A stretch of DNA of 64,000 nt from an uncultured cyanobacterium (GTDB lineage Bacteria > Cyanobacteriota > Cyanobacteriia > Pseudanabaenales > Pseudanabaenaceae): contig OY969811.1 of the NCBI GenBank assembly GCA_963703315.1, forward strand, positions 352,001-416,000, written 5' to 3'. The notes beneath the pieces were generated by a model. The model searched no databases. It was not told the DNA's origin and saw only the letters and a list, made by a program, of their open reading frames with translations. Shown piece by piece: positions 47,760 to 58,416 of this stretch (its first letter is position 1; every line of letters begins with the position of its first letter). A program made the position numbers and the translations under genes.

Positions 47760-49115
47760 ATGCCCGATTTCCCCGCACAAGAATTTCTTAATTCGCATTT
47801 TCTCAATCCCGATCGCTCTAACCTTGAAGATCTCCGCAAGTTGGGCTATGCATTTGTGGATTTGATCGTTGATTCCGTTCTTGATACGCAAAATCAACCC
47901 TTTGTTCAAGATGATTCTTCTTTCTCAATTAATATTCCTGAACAGGGGAGCGAACTTTTAGAACTATTAGCAGAAGTGCGATCGCAGATTTTGCCACGTA
48001 CTGTGAATTTCCAAAATCCTCGCTACATGGGACACATGGATAGCGTACCTGCGGCAATTACGATCTGGGCAGATGCTCTAGTTTCGGCAATTAATAATAA
48101 TATGCTCAGTTATGAACTAGCTCCCATATTTACACAAATGGAAGCGCAACTGATGCAATGGTTTGGCAATCTATTTGGTATGGGAACCGATTGTTTTGGA
48201 ACCCTCACCGCAGGAGGTAGCCTCGCCAATATTTCGGCACTATTACTAGCGAGAAACTGGAAACAACCTCAGAGCAAAACTATTGGGAACTCTACTAATC
48301 TAGTTGCCTTTGTTTCCGATGCTGCCCATACTTCCTTTGAGAAGGCGATGAATGTGATCGGTGTGGGCAAAGAGAACTTAGTCCGCGTAGCCACCAATGC
48401 GCGGGGCGAAATCATGATCGAAGAATTAGAACTAGAGATTCAAAAATCGATTAGACAAGGTAAACAGCCTTTTTTTGTGGCAGCGATCGCAGGTACAACG
48501 GTGACAGGGGCAGTGGATGCGATTCATTCAGTGGGTGAAATTGCCAAGCGCTACGACTGTTGGTTTCACATTGACGCTGCCTACGGTGGAGCAGGTATTT
48601 TTACACCGAAATTACAACCGCTATTTCAGGGCTGTGAGCTTGCCGACTCCATGACCTTTAACCCGCAAAAATGGCTATGGGTAGCGCGAACCTGTGCCAT
48701 GCTGCTAGTCAAGGATAAACAGCATCTCGTCGATGGCTTTGATGGCGAACTTCCCTATATGGATGATCAAACTCTCAACTTTGGTAATCTGAACTTACAA
48801 GGAACCAGACGTACTGATAGCCTCAAACTATGGATGGCACTCAAGGCAATGGGAATTTCTGGTTGTCGCTATCTAGTCGAGCGATCGCTGGATCTATCCA
48901 ATAATCTGCGGCAATGGGTAGAGGACTCCACCGACCTAGAACTTATCTGTGAGCCAACTCTCAATATTATCTGTCTCAAATCGAATAATCCGCACCTGAG
49001 TAGTATGGAATTGCGCCAACAATGGATCGATGATGGCAAACTATGGCTGTCATTACCACTTTGGAAAGGCGATCGCATTCTCAAAGCCGTCGTTTTACAT
49101 CCCTATGCAGGTTAG
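47760..49115 (+). CDS. Group II PLP-dependent decarboxylase
   Basis: GGSLAN, AHTSFEKA, AGTTVTGAVD, HIDAAYGG, NPQKW. Confidence 0.9.
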   Translation: MPDFPAQEFLNSHFLNPDRSNLEDLRKLGYAFVDLIVDSVLDTQNQPFVQDDSSFSINIPEQGSELLELLAEVRSQILPRTVNFQNPRYMGHMDSVPAAITIWADALVSAINNNMLSYELAPIFTQMEAQLMQWFGNLFGMGTDCFGTLTAGGSLANISALLLARNWKQPQSKTIGNSTNLVAFVSDAAHTSFEKAMNVIGVGKENLVRVATNARGEIMIEELELEIQKSIRQGKQPFFVAAIAGTTVTGAVDAIHSVGEIAKRYDCWFHIDAAYGGAGIFTPKLQPLFQGCELADSMTFNPQKWLWVARTCAMLLVKDKQHLVDGFDGELPYMDDQTLNFGNLNLQGTRRTDSLKLWMALKAMGISGCRYLVERSLDLSNNLRQWVEDSTDLELICEPTLNIICLKSNNPHLSSMELRQQWIDDGKLWLSLPLWKGDRILKAVVLHPYAG

Positions 49116-49253
49116 TTTTGCGCTTGAGTTGGATATAAATAGCATTAGTAAGCTAATAAATCGCCATAATCGACCGTTATAATTTACAGTTATGAGTTGT
49201 AGCAGTGCTTTTCGCTACTTTATTCACAAATAGTTCCTAAGCCGAGATGTCTC

Positions 49254-49706
49254 ATGCTTTGCCCGTTTTGTCAGCATACCGATAGCCGTGTTCTAGAATC
49301 TCGTTCGGCAGAGGCGGGCTGTAGTATTCGACGCAGGCGCGAATGTCTTAGTTGTCAACGTCGCTTTACGACGTATGAACGGATTGAGTTTGTGCCAATT
49401 ACAGTTTTAAAGCGAGATGGTGCTAGCGAGTCCTTCGATCGCTCTAAACTTTTGCGCGGCATGATTCGCGCCTGCGAAAAAACTGAGGTGACGCAAACAA
49501 TCCTCGAATCGATCATTGACGAAATCGAAGCACAACTACAAGTACGCGATCGCCATCAAGTCTCTAGCGTCGAGATTGGCGAGCTGGTTTTACAATATTT
49601 ACAAGATGTCAGTGAGGTTGCCTATGTGCGATTTGCCTCTGTATATCGAAAATTTCGAGGGGTTCGGGACTTTGCCGAAGCTTTAAACCACTTTGCAGCA
49701 AATTAA
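49254..49706 (+). CDS. nrdR: Transcriptional repressor NrdR
   Basis: CPFC..SRVLESR..IRRRREC..C..RFTTYE zinc ribbon plus ATP cone, [10 protein letters not shown]. Confidence 0.97.
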   Translation: MLCPFCQHTDSRVLESRSAEAGCSIRRRRECLSCQRRFTTYERIEFVPITVLKRDGASESFDRSKLLRGMIRACEKTEVTQTILESIIDEIEAQLQVRDRHQVSSVEIGELVLQYLQDVSEVAYVRFASVYRKFRGVRDFAEALNHFAAN

Positions 49707-49925
49707 TGTCAAATTTGTTACTGGGGATTATAAAAGCAAATTGGAGGGGAAATATTGCTCCCCTTATAGATTCTGGGCTTTGCAGCTACTTCTAGCTAAA
49801 GCATGAAAAACGACAGGTGACAAAAATTTGTAAAGAAAAGTTGAAATTTTTTATAGACCCTAGCTATAATAACTATGTTTTGTAATCCCGATCGCATTTC
49901 AGGGTCTAAATTAGGAGGTATTGAT

Positions 49926-50234
49926 TTGGCAAGGAGACGTAAGCGCAAAAGTAGACGTCGCCAAGAAGGGCGCAAAATCCTAGAACATATTCCTCAATTT
50001 AGTATCGATAGCGGCGAAGACAAGCCTGTGACGGCTGCACGTAAGTACATTCATACACATGGCATTCTTCCTCCAGCACTGTTGCTCGTAAGACGTAACG
50101 AGCATACAACAGATCGATACTTCTGGGCAGAAAAAGGACTGTTCGGAGCACAGTATGTTGAAGAAAATCACTTCTTGTTCCCTAGTCTGAAGCCACCCGA
50201 AGAAAGAGAAGTTGCCCTTGCTGGGTGTCGATAG
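49926..50234 (+). CDS. Small basic conserved cyanobacterial protein (ARRRKRKSRRR N-terminus; family uncertain)
   Basis: AGGAGG RBS 7 nt before TTG; KPVTAARKYI, RNEHTTDRYFWAEKGLFGAQY. Confidence 0.7.
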   Translation: MARRRKRKSRRRQEGRKILEHIPQFSIDSGEDKPVTAARKYIHTHGILPPALLLVRRNEHTTDRYFWAEKGLFGAQYVEENHFLFPSLKPPEEREVALAGCR

Positions 50235-50836
50235 GCTTTTATCAATTTATTAAAGCAATCCGAGACTTCAAATTTTTCATCTGCATAACTTTTCAGCACT
50301 TTACATATAAAACGTAGACACCTATCTCTATCAAATATTGATGCTTATCGTGTCAACGATAAAAAATCTAGGTTTATTTGTAAATTGCTGTAAAAGTAGG
50401 TATAAAGAGTGAATATATTTGATTTGTTTTTATATCAAATGTATTCAAATTTTTTATGGTTATTTAATTAAATGATCAATGGGGATTTCTTAATAGTATA
50501 GATACTAGCTGTTAAGCTTTTTTATAACATCTTCCAGAAGTGACATTTCGCTTCTGGATTTTTATTTTGATAGCTATAACAAAAAAGAGTTAGCTAGTAC
50601 AAGCCAAAACCCAAGAAGCGAGTTGCGGCGCGAAGCGCCGCAACTCGCTTCTTGGGTTCATGTCCTAAGCAAAACTTGCTTTGCGATATTGCTAAGTAAA
50701 AAACAGAAAGCAGCAGTGTTTTGCACTGCTGCTTTCTGTTTTTTACTTATTAAAAAGAGCGAACTAGATGTCGCTCTTTTTAATAAGTAATTAAATTTTT
50801 CATGTCAAGCATAGAAGGAAATCACAAAAACGATCA

Positions 50837-51049
50837 TTAAGCGTTTACAACTTCATTGCTGTGATTTTTTTTCCAACCTCTAGGTAATTTCAGATCATCA
50901 GGATCAACGTAATGGCAGGCATAGTCATCTAAGCAGATCAATGCCCAACCGTTGCCGTCGATATTGACTAACTTATAAGAAGCTTCCAAGACGAAAAAGC
51001 CTTTGTGGTTGCGGGTATCGGGCTTTACTCTGACGTTATCTAAGATCAT
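50837..51049 (-). CDS. Small hypothetical protein
   Basis: AAGGA RBS upstream of ATG; protein-like 70-aa ORF in an AT-rich region. Confidence 0.6.
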   Translation of the reverse strand: MILDNVRVKPDTRNHKGFFVLEASYKLVNIDGNGWALICLDDYACHYVDPDDLKLPRGWKKNHSNEVVNA

Positions 51050-51294
51050 TTTATTAACTTCCTTTTAAATAAAAAACTGACAACTAGCTGCAAATAAGAA
51101 ATCAGCAGCTTGATTGATTTATATTTAGGTAGCCTAGCACTCTTGACAAAAATCCTGTGTTAAGTTTTTCTGACAAAATTGTATTAGCTATGAAGTTCTG
51201 TGATGTTAGATAAAGTTATTTATTAAATCTAGTCAGTTTCAATTCATAAATGTTGACAAAAGCTAGAAATTAATAAGAGTTAATTAAATTGATT

Positions 51295-51717
51295 TTAGTT
51301 TAGTAACCAATCTCTAACCTTTTCAAGGGCTTTCCAGTCAGGACGACGACGTAAACCTTCTTCAAAATTCTCAACAATTTCTGGCTTAATATCTTTCAAA
51401 ATCATGAGCCAATTTTGAGCAGCTTCCACCTGTTCGCGCACACCTTTTTGGGATAACTCTAAGAGGGCGATCGCTAGATTAATCCGACCTTGAGGATCTT
51501 CAGGGGCAATTTTTACTGCTTTTTGGGCGGCTTTGACAGCAAGTTTGGCATTGTTGTCTAGCAAATATAACCAAGATAAACAGATCCAACCGCTAGCAAC
51601 TTTGGGTTGGCGATCGCATATTTTTTCAAACACAGGAATTAAGGTCGCCGCAGATTCACCTTGTTTGTAGCGTTCTAAACCTTGAGTGAATAAATCTTCT
51701 ACAATTTCTGTACTCAT
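51295..51717 (-). CDS. TPR-like conserved hypothetical protein
   Basis: W.CLSWLYLL...A.KAVK..P.DPQ.RINLA helical repeat. Confidence 0.75.
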   Translation of the reverse strand: MSTEIVEDLFTQGLERYKQGESAATLIPVFEKICDRQPKVASGWICLSWLYLLDNNAKLAVKAAQKAVKIAPEDPQGRINLAIALLELSQKGVREQVEAAQNWLMILKDIKPEIVENFEEGLRRRPDWKALEKVRDWLLN

Positions 51718-52024
51718 CGAGCGAATCAAAACTCCAAAGCCGTGTTTTTTGCCTTAGTGATATTAGCATAAAGTTGGCTCACAACTAATTTATATTGCCG
51801 TAAATGCGTTATTGAGAGTTTGCTTTAGCTTACAGAGCTTTACGCTGACTTGAAACCAAGAGAAATTTTTGAAAGCGCGGCTTTGCCGCGCTTTCAAAAA
51901 TTTCTCTGCACTACTTTAAGTCTCAATAGGCTGTAATGCTGATCGAATTTGGGCAAGATAATCACTAAGAAGTAACAAAATAAGTCTTTGTAATGAAAAA
52001 TCAGGTTCAGAGAAAACGAGGGTT

Positions 52025-53521
52025 ATGAGAGTGAGTCGCGATCGCAAATCAGCTAGCAATCCTAATAAAAATCCTAATCGACCTAGTGAATACGTTACGC
52101 AACATCTTGATAAGCGTGATATTCGGGCAGGTAACCAGATCAATCAATGGAATATGGTCGAGGTTAACTGGCTGCGATCGCTGTTATTAGTTATGAGCGA
52201 TATTTTGGGATTAGGGATCGCTTGGAAAGTCTCACTTAATCTTAATCAAGTTTTTTCGCCTTTACCACCAGAACTTAATTGGGGAGAATTTTTAGGATTA
52301 ACAGGTTTATTTTGGGCTTTTGCGGCAGTATTGATCACCAATTTTGCTTATCACAGATTTTATCGAGGTGAATCGCAATGGCGGAACTATGTCAAGCAAG
52401 CTCAAGTAATTAGCAGTGTTTACCTGTCGTCTTTGGTGGTTTGTTATTTCTACGATCCTAAAGTTGATGCGCCGCGATCGCTATTTTTCCCAGCTTGGAT
52501 TGGTAGTGTCGTCATGATTATTGGTTTACGCTTGCTATTGACTCTGATATTCGATCAGTTTTTGCTCGCTAGAAACCACACACCCGTATTTATCATTGCT
52601 CCCAGCGATCGCCTCTCCTATCTTGCAAATATTATCGAAAAACGGACGGGATATATAGTTGTCGGTGTTCTTGCTTCCTCACTGGCTAATACTTCTCACT
52701 TAATGCAATCAATCATCAACTCTGGAGCAAAAGAAGTAATCGCTGAAGGGCTTCCCGAAACTCAACTTGCTTCGCAATTATATTGGCAACTGCGAAATGC
52801 GGGAATTGGTTTAAGGTTAGTGCCATCTAGTTTGATGCTGCTCCATCGGCGCGGGAATCCAGAGATTTTTGCATCAATGCCCATGATTCGGATTGAGTCA
52901 TCGCTACTGGCAAATTGGGAATATATATTTAAACGTTGCTTAGACTGGAGCACAGCGTTGATTGGATTGATTGTGCTAGCACCTGTATTTATCGCGATCG
53001 CGATCGCTATAAAAATCAGTTCTAAAGGTAGTATTTTTTATACCCAAGATCGCATTGGCTTACATGGACAATCTTTCCGTATGTGGAAGTTTCGGAGTAT
53101 GTTTATGGATGCAGAGCGTCGTCAGGCAGAACTCGAACATCTCAACAAAACTACGGATGGAGTCATGTTCAAAATCGAGCGCGATCCTCGGATTATTCCC
53201 ATCGGTAACTTTTTGCGCTGTACTAGTCTGGATGAACTTCCCCAATTATTCAATGTTTTGCTTGGTCAAATGAGTCTTGTCGGTCCTCGACCTTTGCCAA
53301 TTCGAGATGTGGCAAAATTTACTAATTGGCATCATACCCGTCATGTAGTGATGCCAGGAATTACGGGATTATGGCAAATTTCTGGGCGATCGGATTTAGA
53401 TACTATTGATGATGTTGCCAAATTAGATTTGTTTTACATAGATCGCTGGTCATTAAATTTTGATTTAGAAATTTTGATTGAAACTATACGACTGGTTGTC
53501 TTTGGAAAAGGAGCCTACTAA
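52025..53521 (+). CDS. Polyprenyl-phosphate sugar transferase (WcaJ/WbaP family)
   Basis: KFRSM, DPR, SLDELPQLFNV..G.MSLVGPRP, PGITGLWQ. Confidence 0.93.
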   Translation: MRVSRDRKSASNPNKNPNRPSEYVTQHLDKRDIRAGNQINQWNMVEVNWLRSLLLVMSDILGLGIAWKVSLNLNQVFSPLPPELNWGEFLGLTGLFWAFAAVLITNFAYHRFYRGESQWRNYVKQAQVISSVYLSSLVVCYFYDPKVDAPRSLFFPAWIGSVVMIIGLRLLLTLIFDQFLLARNHTPVFIIAPSDRLSYLANIIEKRTGYIVVGVLASSLANTSHLMQSIINSGAKEVIAEGLPETQLASQLYWQLRNAGIGLRLVPSSLMLLHRRGNPEIFASMPMIRIESSLLANWEYIFKRCLDWSTALIGLIVLAPVFIAIAIAIKISSKGSIFYTQDRIGLHGQSFRMWKFRSMFMDAERRQAELEHLNKTTDGVMFKIERDPRIIPIGNFLRCTSLDELPQLFNVLLGQMSLVGPRPLPIRDVAKFTNWHHTRHVVMPGITGLWQISGRSDLDTIDDVAKLDLFYIDRWSLNFDLEILIETIRLVVFGKGAY

Positions 53522-53574
53522 ACCCAAAAAAGCTCTGCGGCGCTTTGCGCCGCAGAGCTTTTTTGGGTTTTATT

Positions 53575-54462
53575 TTATCTTCTTCTCGGACGACGAGCCG
53601 ATCGCTTAACTGGTGGTTCATCTTCGTAAGGCTTTTCGTAAGTATTTCCATAAGACTTAGGGCGATCGCCAAAATCATCACCATAATCATTTTTGTCCCA
53701 ATCATCAAAACCATCAACATCACCTTTATAAGCATTTCTGGGCGGATCTAAAGGCTCAGTGTATGGATCAGTGTAACTATCTTGATAAGAGCGATCAAAT
53801 TCACTTTCTTGATCAAAATTAAAGTCTTGAGGTGGACGGGACTTTGTACGGGGGCGGCGCTTAGGTTTGGGACGGGGGGCGCTATATTCATCTTCATATA
53901 AATCACGCTCTTGCCGACTTTGATAAATCTTGGTGGCTTGTTGTCCAGCCTGATTAAAAAGTTTGCCTAATTTTTCATCGATCGCAAAGCCTTTACGGGT
54001 TTGAATAGAAATAGTGCTACTAATGCGATCGTGGAAGGCTTGACGTTTTTCGTTATCGACGATCGCAAAGGCAGCATCGGCAACAAAGGGAATCCATGCA
54101 AAGACAATTAAGGTTGACGTGACGGTTTTAATCAGAAAAATGGAGCAGATAAAGACAAATATTTCCCGCTTCATAAATGCGCCGAGTCCAGCCGTTTTGC
54201 CATACTCTGCATCAATCACCCGAATGCTGATCAGCCATCTCCCAAAGCTCTGTCCCTGTGCGCGGGCGGCAATAAATACGCGAAAGACAAACCATGTCGA
54301 GATAAATATAAACAGATGCAGAGGATTAGCTGGGTCAATCGATAATATTGAGACGGTTAATTCGGAAATAAACCAACAACTTAAAAAGTCTACGATGAGC
54401 GCTCCGAGGCGTTGATTGACCGTAGCAAGGGGATAGCGGCTGTAAGCTGGCTCGAAGTCCAT
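53575..54462 (-). CDS. RDD family protein with disordered C-terminal tail
   Basis: RLGALIVD, GQSFGRWL...RV, RQAFHD. Confidence 0.85.
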   Translation of the reverse strand: MDFEPAYSRYPLATVNQRLGALIVDFLSCWFISELTVSILSIDPANPLHLFIFISTWFVFRVFIAARAQGQSFGRWLISIRVIDAEYGKTAGLGAFMKREIFVFICSIFLIKTVTSTLIVFAWIPFVADAAFAIVDNEKRQAFHDRISSTISIQTRKGFAIDEKLGKLFNQAGQQATKIYQSRQERDLYEDEYSAPRPKPKRRPRTKSRPPQDFNFDQESEFDRSYQDSYTDPYTEPLDPPRNAYKGDVDGFDDWDKNDYGDDFGDRPKSYGNTYEKPYEDEPPVKRSARRPRRR

Positions 54463-54577
54463 TATGGTTGCTTGTGTGATTGCTTGATTCGTGATGAAGG
54501 CACAGAGTTATATTCTATACTGCGAAGTATGGAGGCAAATCAAGCGATCGCGCCTATCTACAAGGAGCAAAATCAAA

Positions 54578-55051
54578 ATGACAGAGGCTATAACTCGTAA
54601 ATCTCTCAATGCCTCTCTATATGAGTCAGACTTTTTGCTATGGACTGAAGAAACCGTAGCTAAGCTCAAGGCTAGAGATTTTGACCATGTGGACTTTGAA
54701 AATTTGATAGAGGAGATCGAATCATTGGGGCGTTCTGAAAAAAAGGAGGTTAGAAATCGGCTCAAAACTTTGCTAGAACATCTAATCAAGAGGATCTATA
54801 TTGATATGCCTCAAGAGTTCAATGGATGGGAACGCACTATTAGAGAGCAACGTGCTGAAATTAGGGTCGAACTCAAGGATATGCCAAGCCTAAAAAGGTT
54901 TTGGGATGAGTTATTTGATGTGGCTTGGGGACTTGCCTTGCTCAAAGTAAAGGATGAGTATGAGAAAAAAGGCGATCACATCCCTGAGCAATGGCAGTTT
55001 GACCGTGACATTGAGGCAATGTTGAGTGTTAAGTTTTGGGAAAATAAATAA
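54578..55051 (+). CDS. DUF29 family protein
   Basis: LYESDFLLW...DFENLIEEIESLGRSE...LLEHL.K...W..TI.EQR. Confidence 0.9.
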   Translation: MTEAITRKSLNASLYESDFLLWTEETVAKLKARDFDHVDFENLIEEIESLGRSEKKEVRNRLKTLLEHLIKRIYIDMPQEFNGWERTIREQRAEIRVELKDMPSLKRFWDELFDVAWGLALLKVKDEYEKKGDHIPEQWQFDRDIEAMLSVKFWENK

Positions 55052-55158
55052 AACCTAAATCAGTTAGGTAGATTGGTATACAAACAAAGTAAAAATGTCT
55101 GCTTTAAGAATGTTGAATGTTTGTTTACATTAGCTCTGTTAATATACAGCTATGTTAT

Positions 55159-55959
55159 TTAAATATCTTCATAAATCAAAGGAGAGATATTATCCATTGA
55201 TAGTTGCATAAGATTCGTTAGGATTTTACCTTCAAACAGAATTGATCTCCCATAGCTAAGTATTTCTGATCTGTACTGCTTTTTATCGATGTTTACATCA
55301 TTTTCATTTTTGATCTTACTATTTCTTTTGTCAATTGAACGATTGATTGCATATATCCTCATAAAAGTATTTACAACTAACTGCTTAGGATGATTTGTTT
55401 TTGACTCTGAAAGAATCAATCCACCAGTTTTTTCTGATTCATTATTTATATACCTATGTCCAATATAGAAGTCATATTTCATCTTATCCCAAAAATCTGT
55501 TTTTAAAGGCATTAAGAGCTCCATAGGATTTGATGTTTGATAGTAATCTTGAAAATTTATCTCTTCTATCTTCAACAGGGATATATTCTCATTTAAAATT
55601 AACAAATTATGCATAAGCTCTTCCCATATAGAAAACATTATTGCTTTTTCCTTAGCTTCTTTTTCTTGCTTTTTTAATCTCGTAACAACATACTGACCAA
55701 GAATGAAAGTACATAGAGGTATCAAGGTTTTAATTATCTCTGAAGTCCCTTTTGCAAGTATATAAGAACCAAGTCTAGAAGCTATAAAAGGAGATGAAAT
55801 CAACAAAAAAGAATCTATAAAAACCCCTTTTTTGTCTATTTTTTTATAGTGATCAATAATGCTTTTAATCCAGCCTTGCTTATAAACTATCCATAATACT
55901 GAAGCTAATAAGCCTAAAAATGCAGGCATGATATTTTGATTAAAAATATAATGAATCAT
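55159..55959 (-). CDS. Hypothetical membrane protein, AT-rich (probably acquired)
   Basis: 266-aa ORF with 2-3 N-terminal TM segments; visibly low GC and no HIP1 site seen. Confidence 0.6.
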   Translation of the reverse strand: MIHYIFNQNIMPAFLGLLASVLWIVYKQGWIKSIIDHYKKIDKKGVFIDSFLLISSPFIASRLGSYILAKGTSEIIKTLIPLCTFILGQYVVTRLKKQEKEAKEKAIMFSIWEELMHNLLILNENISLLKIEEINFQDYYQTSNPMELLMPLKTDFWDKMKYDFYIGHRYINNESEKTGGLILSESKTNHPKQLVVNTFMRIYAINRSIDKRNSKIKNENDVNIDKKQYRSEILSYGRSILFEGKILTNLMQLSMDNISPLIYEDI

Positions 55960-56291
55960 AAATATATTAGGTGGTTATAAGGTTGCACTTGAATATTTTT
56001 TAAGTATTCAGGTTAAGTATGTAAAACCATGTGATCTGTATTTATAACTCTCAAAAGAGTTTTTGAAAGTTGACTATGAATATATATCAATAAGGTTTTT
56101 TTATAATATAAATTTGCTGTGGTTTATTAGGATCACAAAGTAATTGTAGTAAAAAACTATTTTTTAATAAGGCTGTGACTAGATTTAAAGTACCTGTAAT
56201 TTCTTGATTTTTATTGATCTCTATTTCTAAAGTAGTCATTTTTACTTTTCTTAACCTCAGTTTAGTTATAGCTTAACAAAGCTCAAATTCC

Positions 56292-57020
56292 ATGAATAAT
56301 CAGCAACAATTGGCGATCGCCATAGGCAACACCAGAATCAAGGCAGTTGTGTTTGGTAGCGATCGCCAAATTCTTGAGGAATATGCCTATACCCATGATC
56401 AATTACCGATTTTAGAAGCGCAGCTTGCGGATCGAGATTTTGCAGACATTGCGATCGCCTCAGTTGTGCCTGAGCTAATCACTATCTGGCATGATTTACC
56501 ACAAACGCAAATTTTGAAAACTAGCGATGTCCCTTTGCGAGACTTGTACGCAACGATGGGATGCGATCGCGCTTTAGCGGCTTTTGGGGCAGGGGAAATC
56601 TATGGCTATCCAGTTTTGGTGATTGATGCGGGGACAGCGATTACTTTAACGGGAATTGATGCGGATAAGGCTTTAGTTGGTGGGGCAATTGTGGCAGGAT
56701 TGCAATCGCAATTTGCTTGTTTGTATCAAAACACGGCAGCTTTACCCAATCTAGAAATTCCTGAGACTTTGCCAGAGCGATGGGGCAAGGATACAACTAG
56801 CTCGATTCAAGCAGGAATTACTCACATATTATTAGCGGGTTTGCAAGCTTATATAAATGATTGGCGATCGCAATTTGCCGATAGCAAGGTGATTATTACT
56901 GGAGGAGATGGAGAACATTTAGTGAAATGGGGACTACAAGTAGATATAATTGATAAGAATCTAATTTTTTGGGGATTATGGCATTGTCGTGAGTTTCAAT
57001 CCAAAGCTTTGTCGCAATGA
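56292..57020 (+). CDS. coaX: Type III pantothenate kinase
   Basis: IGNTRIK, ASVVP, MGCDR, VIDAGTAIT, TGGDG. Confidence 0.92.
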   Translation: MNNQQQLAIAIGNTRIKAVVFGSDRQILEEYAYTHDQLPILEAQLADRDFADIAIASVVPELITIWHDLPQTQILKTSDVPLRDLYATMGCDRALAAFGAGEIYGYPVLVIDAGTAITLTGIDADKALVGGAIVAGLQSQFACLYQNTAALPNLEIPETLPERWGKDTTSSIQAGITHILLAGLQAYINDWRSQFADSKVIITGGDGEHLVKWGLQVDIIDKNLIFWGLWHCREFQSKALSQ

Positions 57021-58416
57021 AAGCGAAGTCGAAAGTAAATTAATTGTCCAGTATCTTTTGCCTACGCTTGGTTATGATGCGAGTAAATGGCATCAGGAAG
57101 TTGCTTTAGGTAGTATTCGCTTAGATTTTTTAGCCCTGACTTCTCAGGTTTTTCCCAGCATTACCGATTCAGCGCCCAAGATTGGTGTGGTGATGGAAGC
57201 TAAGCATCCAAAGCACAATCTTAATTCCCATGTGCGGCGATTGAGTTATTATTTAACGCGCTTACGGGTTGTCTATGGTGTATTAACCAATGGTAAAGAT
57301 TTTCGGATTTATGAGCTTGTAGGCGATCGAGTCAAGCTAAATTTTCAATGTCAAGGTGCAGAAATTACCGACAAAATCGAAAAAATCAAGGATATTATTG
57401 GCAGAGACAAATTAGCTGGGATTAAATCTTCAACTGCTGAGGCTGTCGATAAATCTAGTCCACCACTTAGTTCGCTAGTTAATATTACATCGCCACAATC
57501 TCCACAAGTTTCTATTTCTATTCCCAATCCCAATCTCAATTCCAACATAAGAACTATGAAAACGATCGCAATCTATCACAACAAAGGCGGCGTTGGTAAA
57601 ACCACGACTACTATTAATCTCGCTGCCGCCATTAGTCGTAAAGGTTTGAAAGTTCTCATTATTGATCTCGACAGTCAGGCAAATACTACCTATGCCGCAG
57701 GGCTAATGAAGTTTGAGACTGAAGAAGAAGACACGCTCAAAGATAGCAATATTTACAATGTTGTCTTCTATCCCAAATCCAACTATATCCCTGAAATTGC
57801 CCTCAAGAGTACCTTTACTTATCCACCAGTGGATGTCATTCCCGCGCATATCAATCTGATTTGGCAAGAAGCAAGATTGGTTGATAAAGATAGTTCTAAA
57901 ACGCATCTAGTCAAGAAATTAGAAATGGTTAAAGATGACTATGATGTGGTGCTGATCGACACGCCACCATCGCTCAATCTCTATGCCAAAATCGCGCTAA
58001 TTGCCTGTGATTATTTGATCATTCCCTCTGACCTCAAACCCTTTGCTAATGAAGGTTTACGCAATGTCAAAAACTTTGTCGAAGAAATAGATGAGTTTCG
58101 CTCTTTTATCAATAAACCTGCGATCGAGGTTTTAGGCGTATTACCTTCTAAGATTTTGACTAATGCCAATTACATTAAGTCAACTCTACCCAAACAGGAG
58201 AAAGTAGTCGAAGAGCGCTATGGGTTTCCTGTACTCGAAACTAGAATTTTTCAGCGTGAAGATTTATCGCGGGCAATTGATAATTTCATATTTGAAGGCG
58301 ATCGCCAAATTCCTGATCCCAAATCTATTTTTGACTTTAAGCCCGACTCGATGTCTGCTGCTGAGTTTGAGGAATTAGCTAATGAAGTTCTTGAAAAAAT
58401 AGGATTAAGTGCATGA
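56989..58416 (+). CDS. HsdR-N-like PD-(D/E)xK domain fused to a ParA/Soj ATPase
   Basis: NESEVESKLI..LL..LGY, RLDF...MEAK, YGVLTNG; then NKGGVGKTT, DLDSQAN, IDTPPS. Confidence 0.85.
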   Translation: MSFNPKLCRNESEVESKLIVQYLLPTLGYDASKWHQEVALGSIRLDFLALTSQVFPSITDSAPKIGVVMEAKHPKHNLNSHVRRLSYYLTRLRVVYGVLTNGKDFRIYELVGDRVKLNFQCQGAEITDKIEKIKDIIGRDKLAGIKSSTAEAVDKSSPPLSSLVNITSPQSPQVSISIPNPNLNSNIRTMKTIAIYHNKGGVGKTTTTINLAAAISRKGLKVLIIDLDSQANTTYAAGLMKFETEEEDTLKDSNIYNVVFYPKSNYIPEIALKSTFTYPPVDVIPAHINLIWQEARLVDKDSSKTHLVKKLEMVKDDYDVVLIDTPPSLNLYAKIALIACDYLIIPSDLKPFANEGLRNVKNFVEEIDEFRSFINKPAIEVLGVLPSKILTNANYIKSTLPKQEKVVEERYGFPVLETRIFQREDLSRAIDNFIFEGDRQIPDPKSIFDFKPDSMSAAEFEELANEVLEKIGLSA

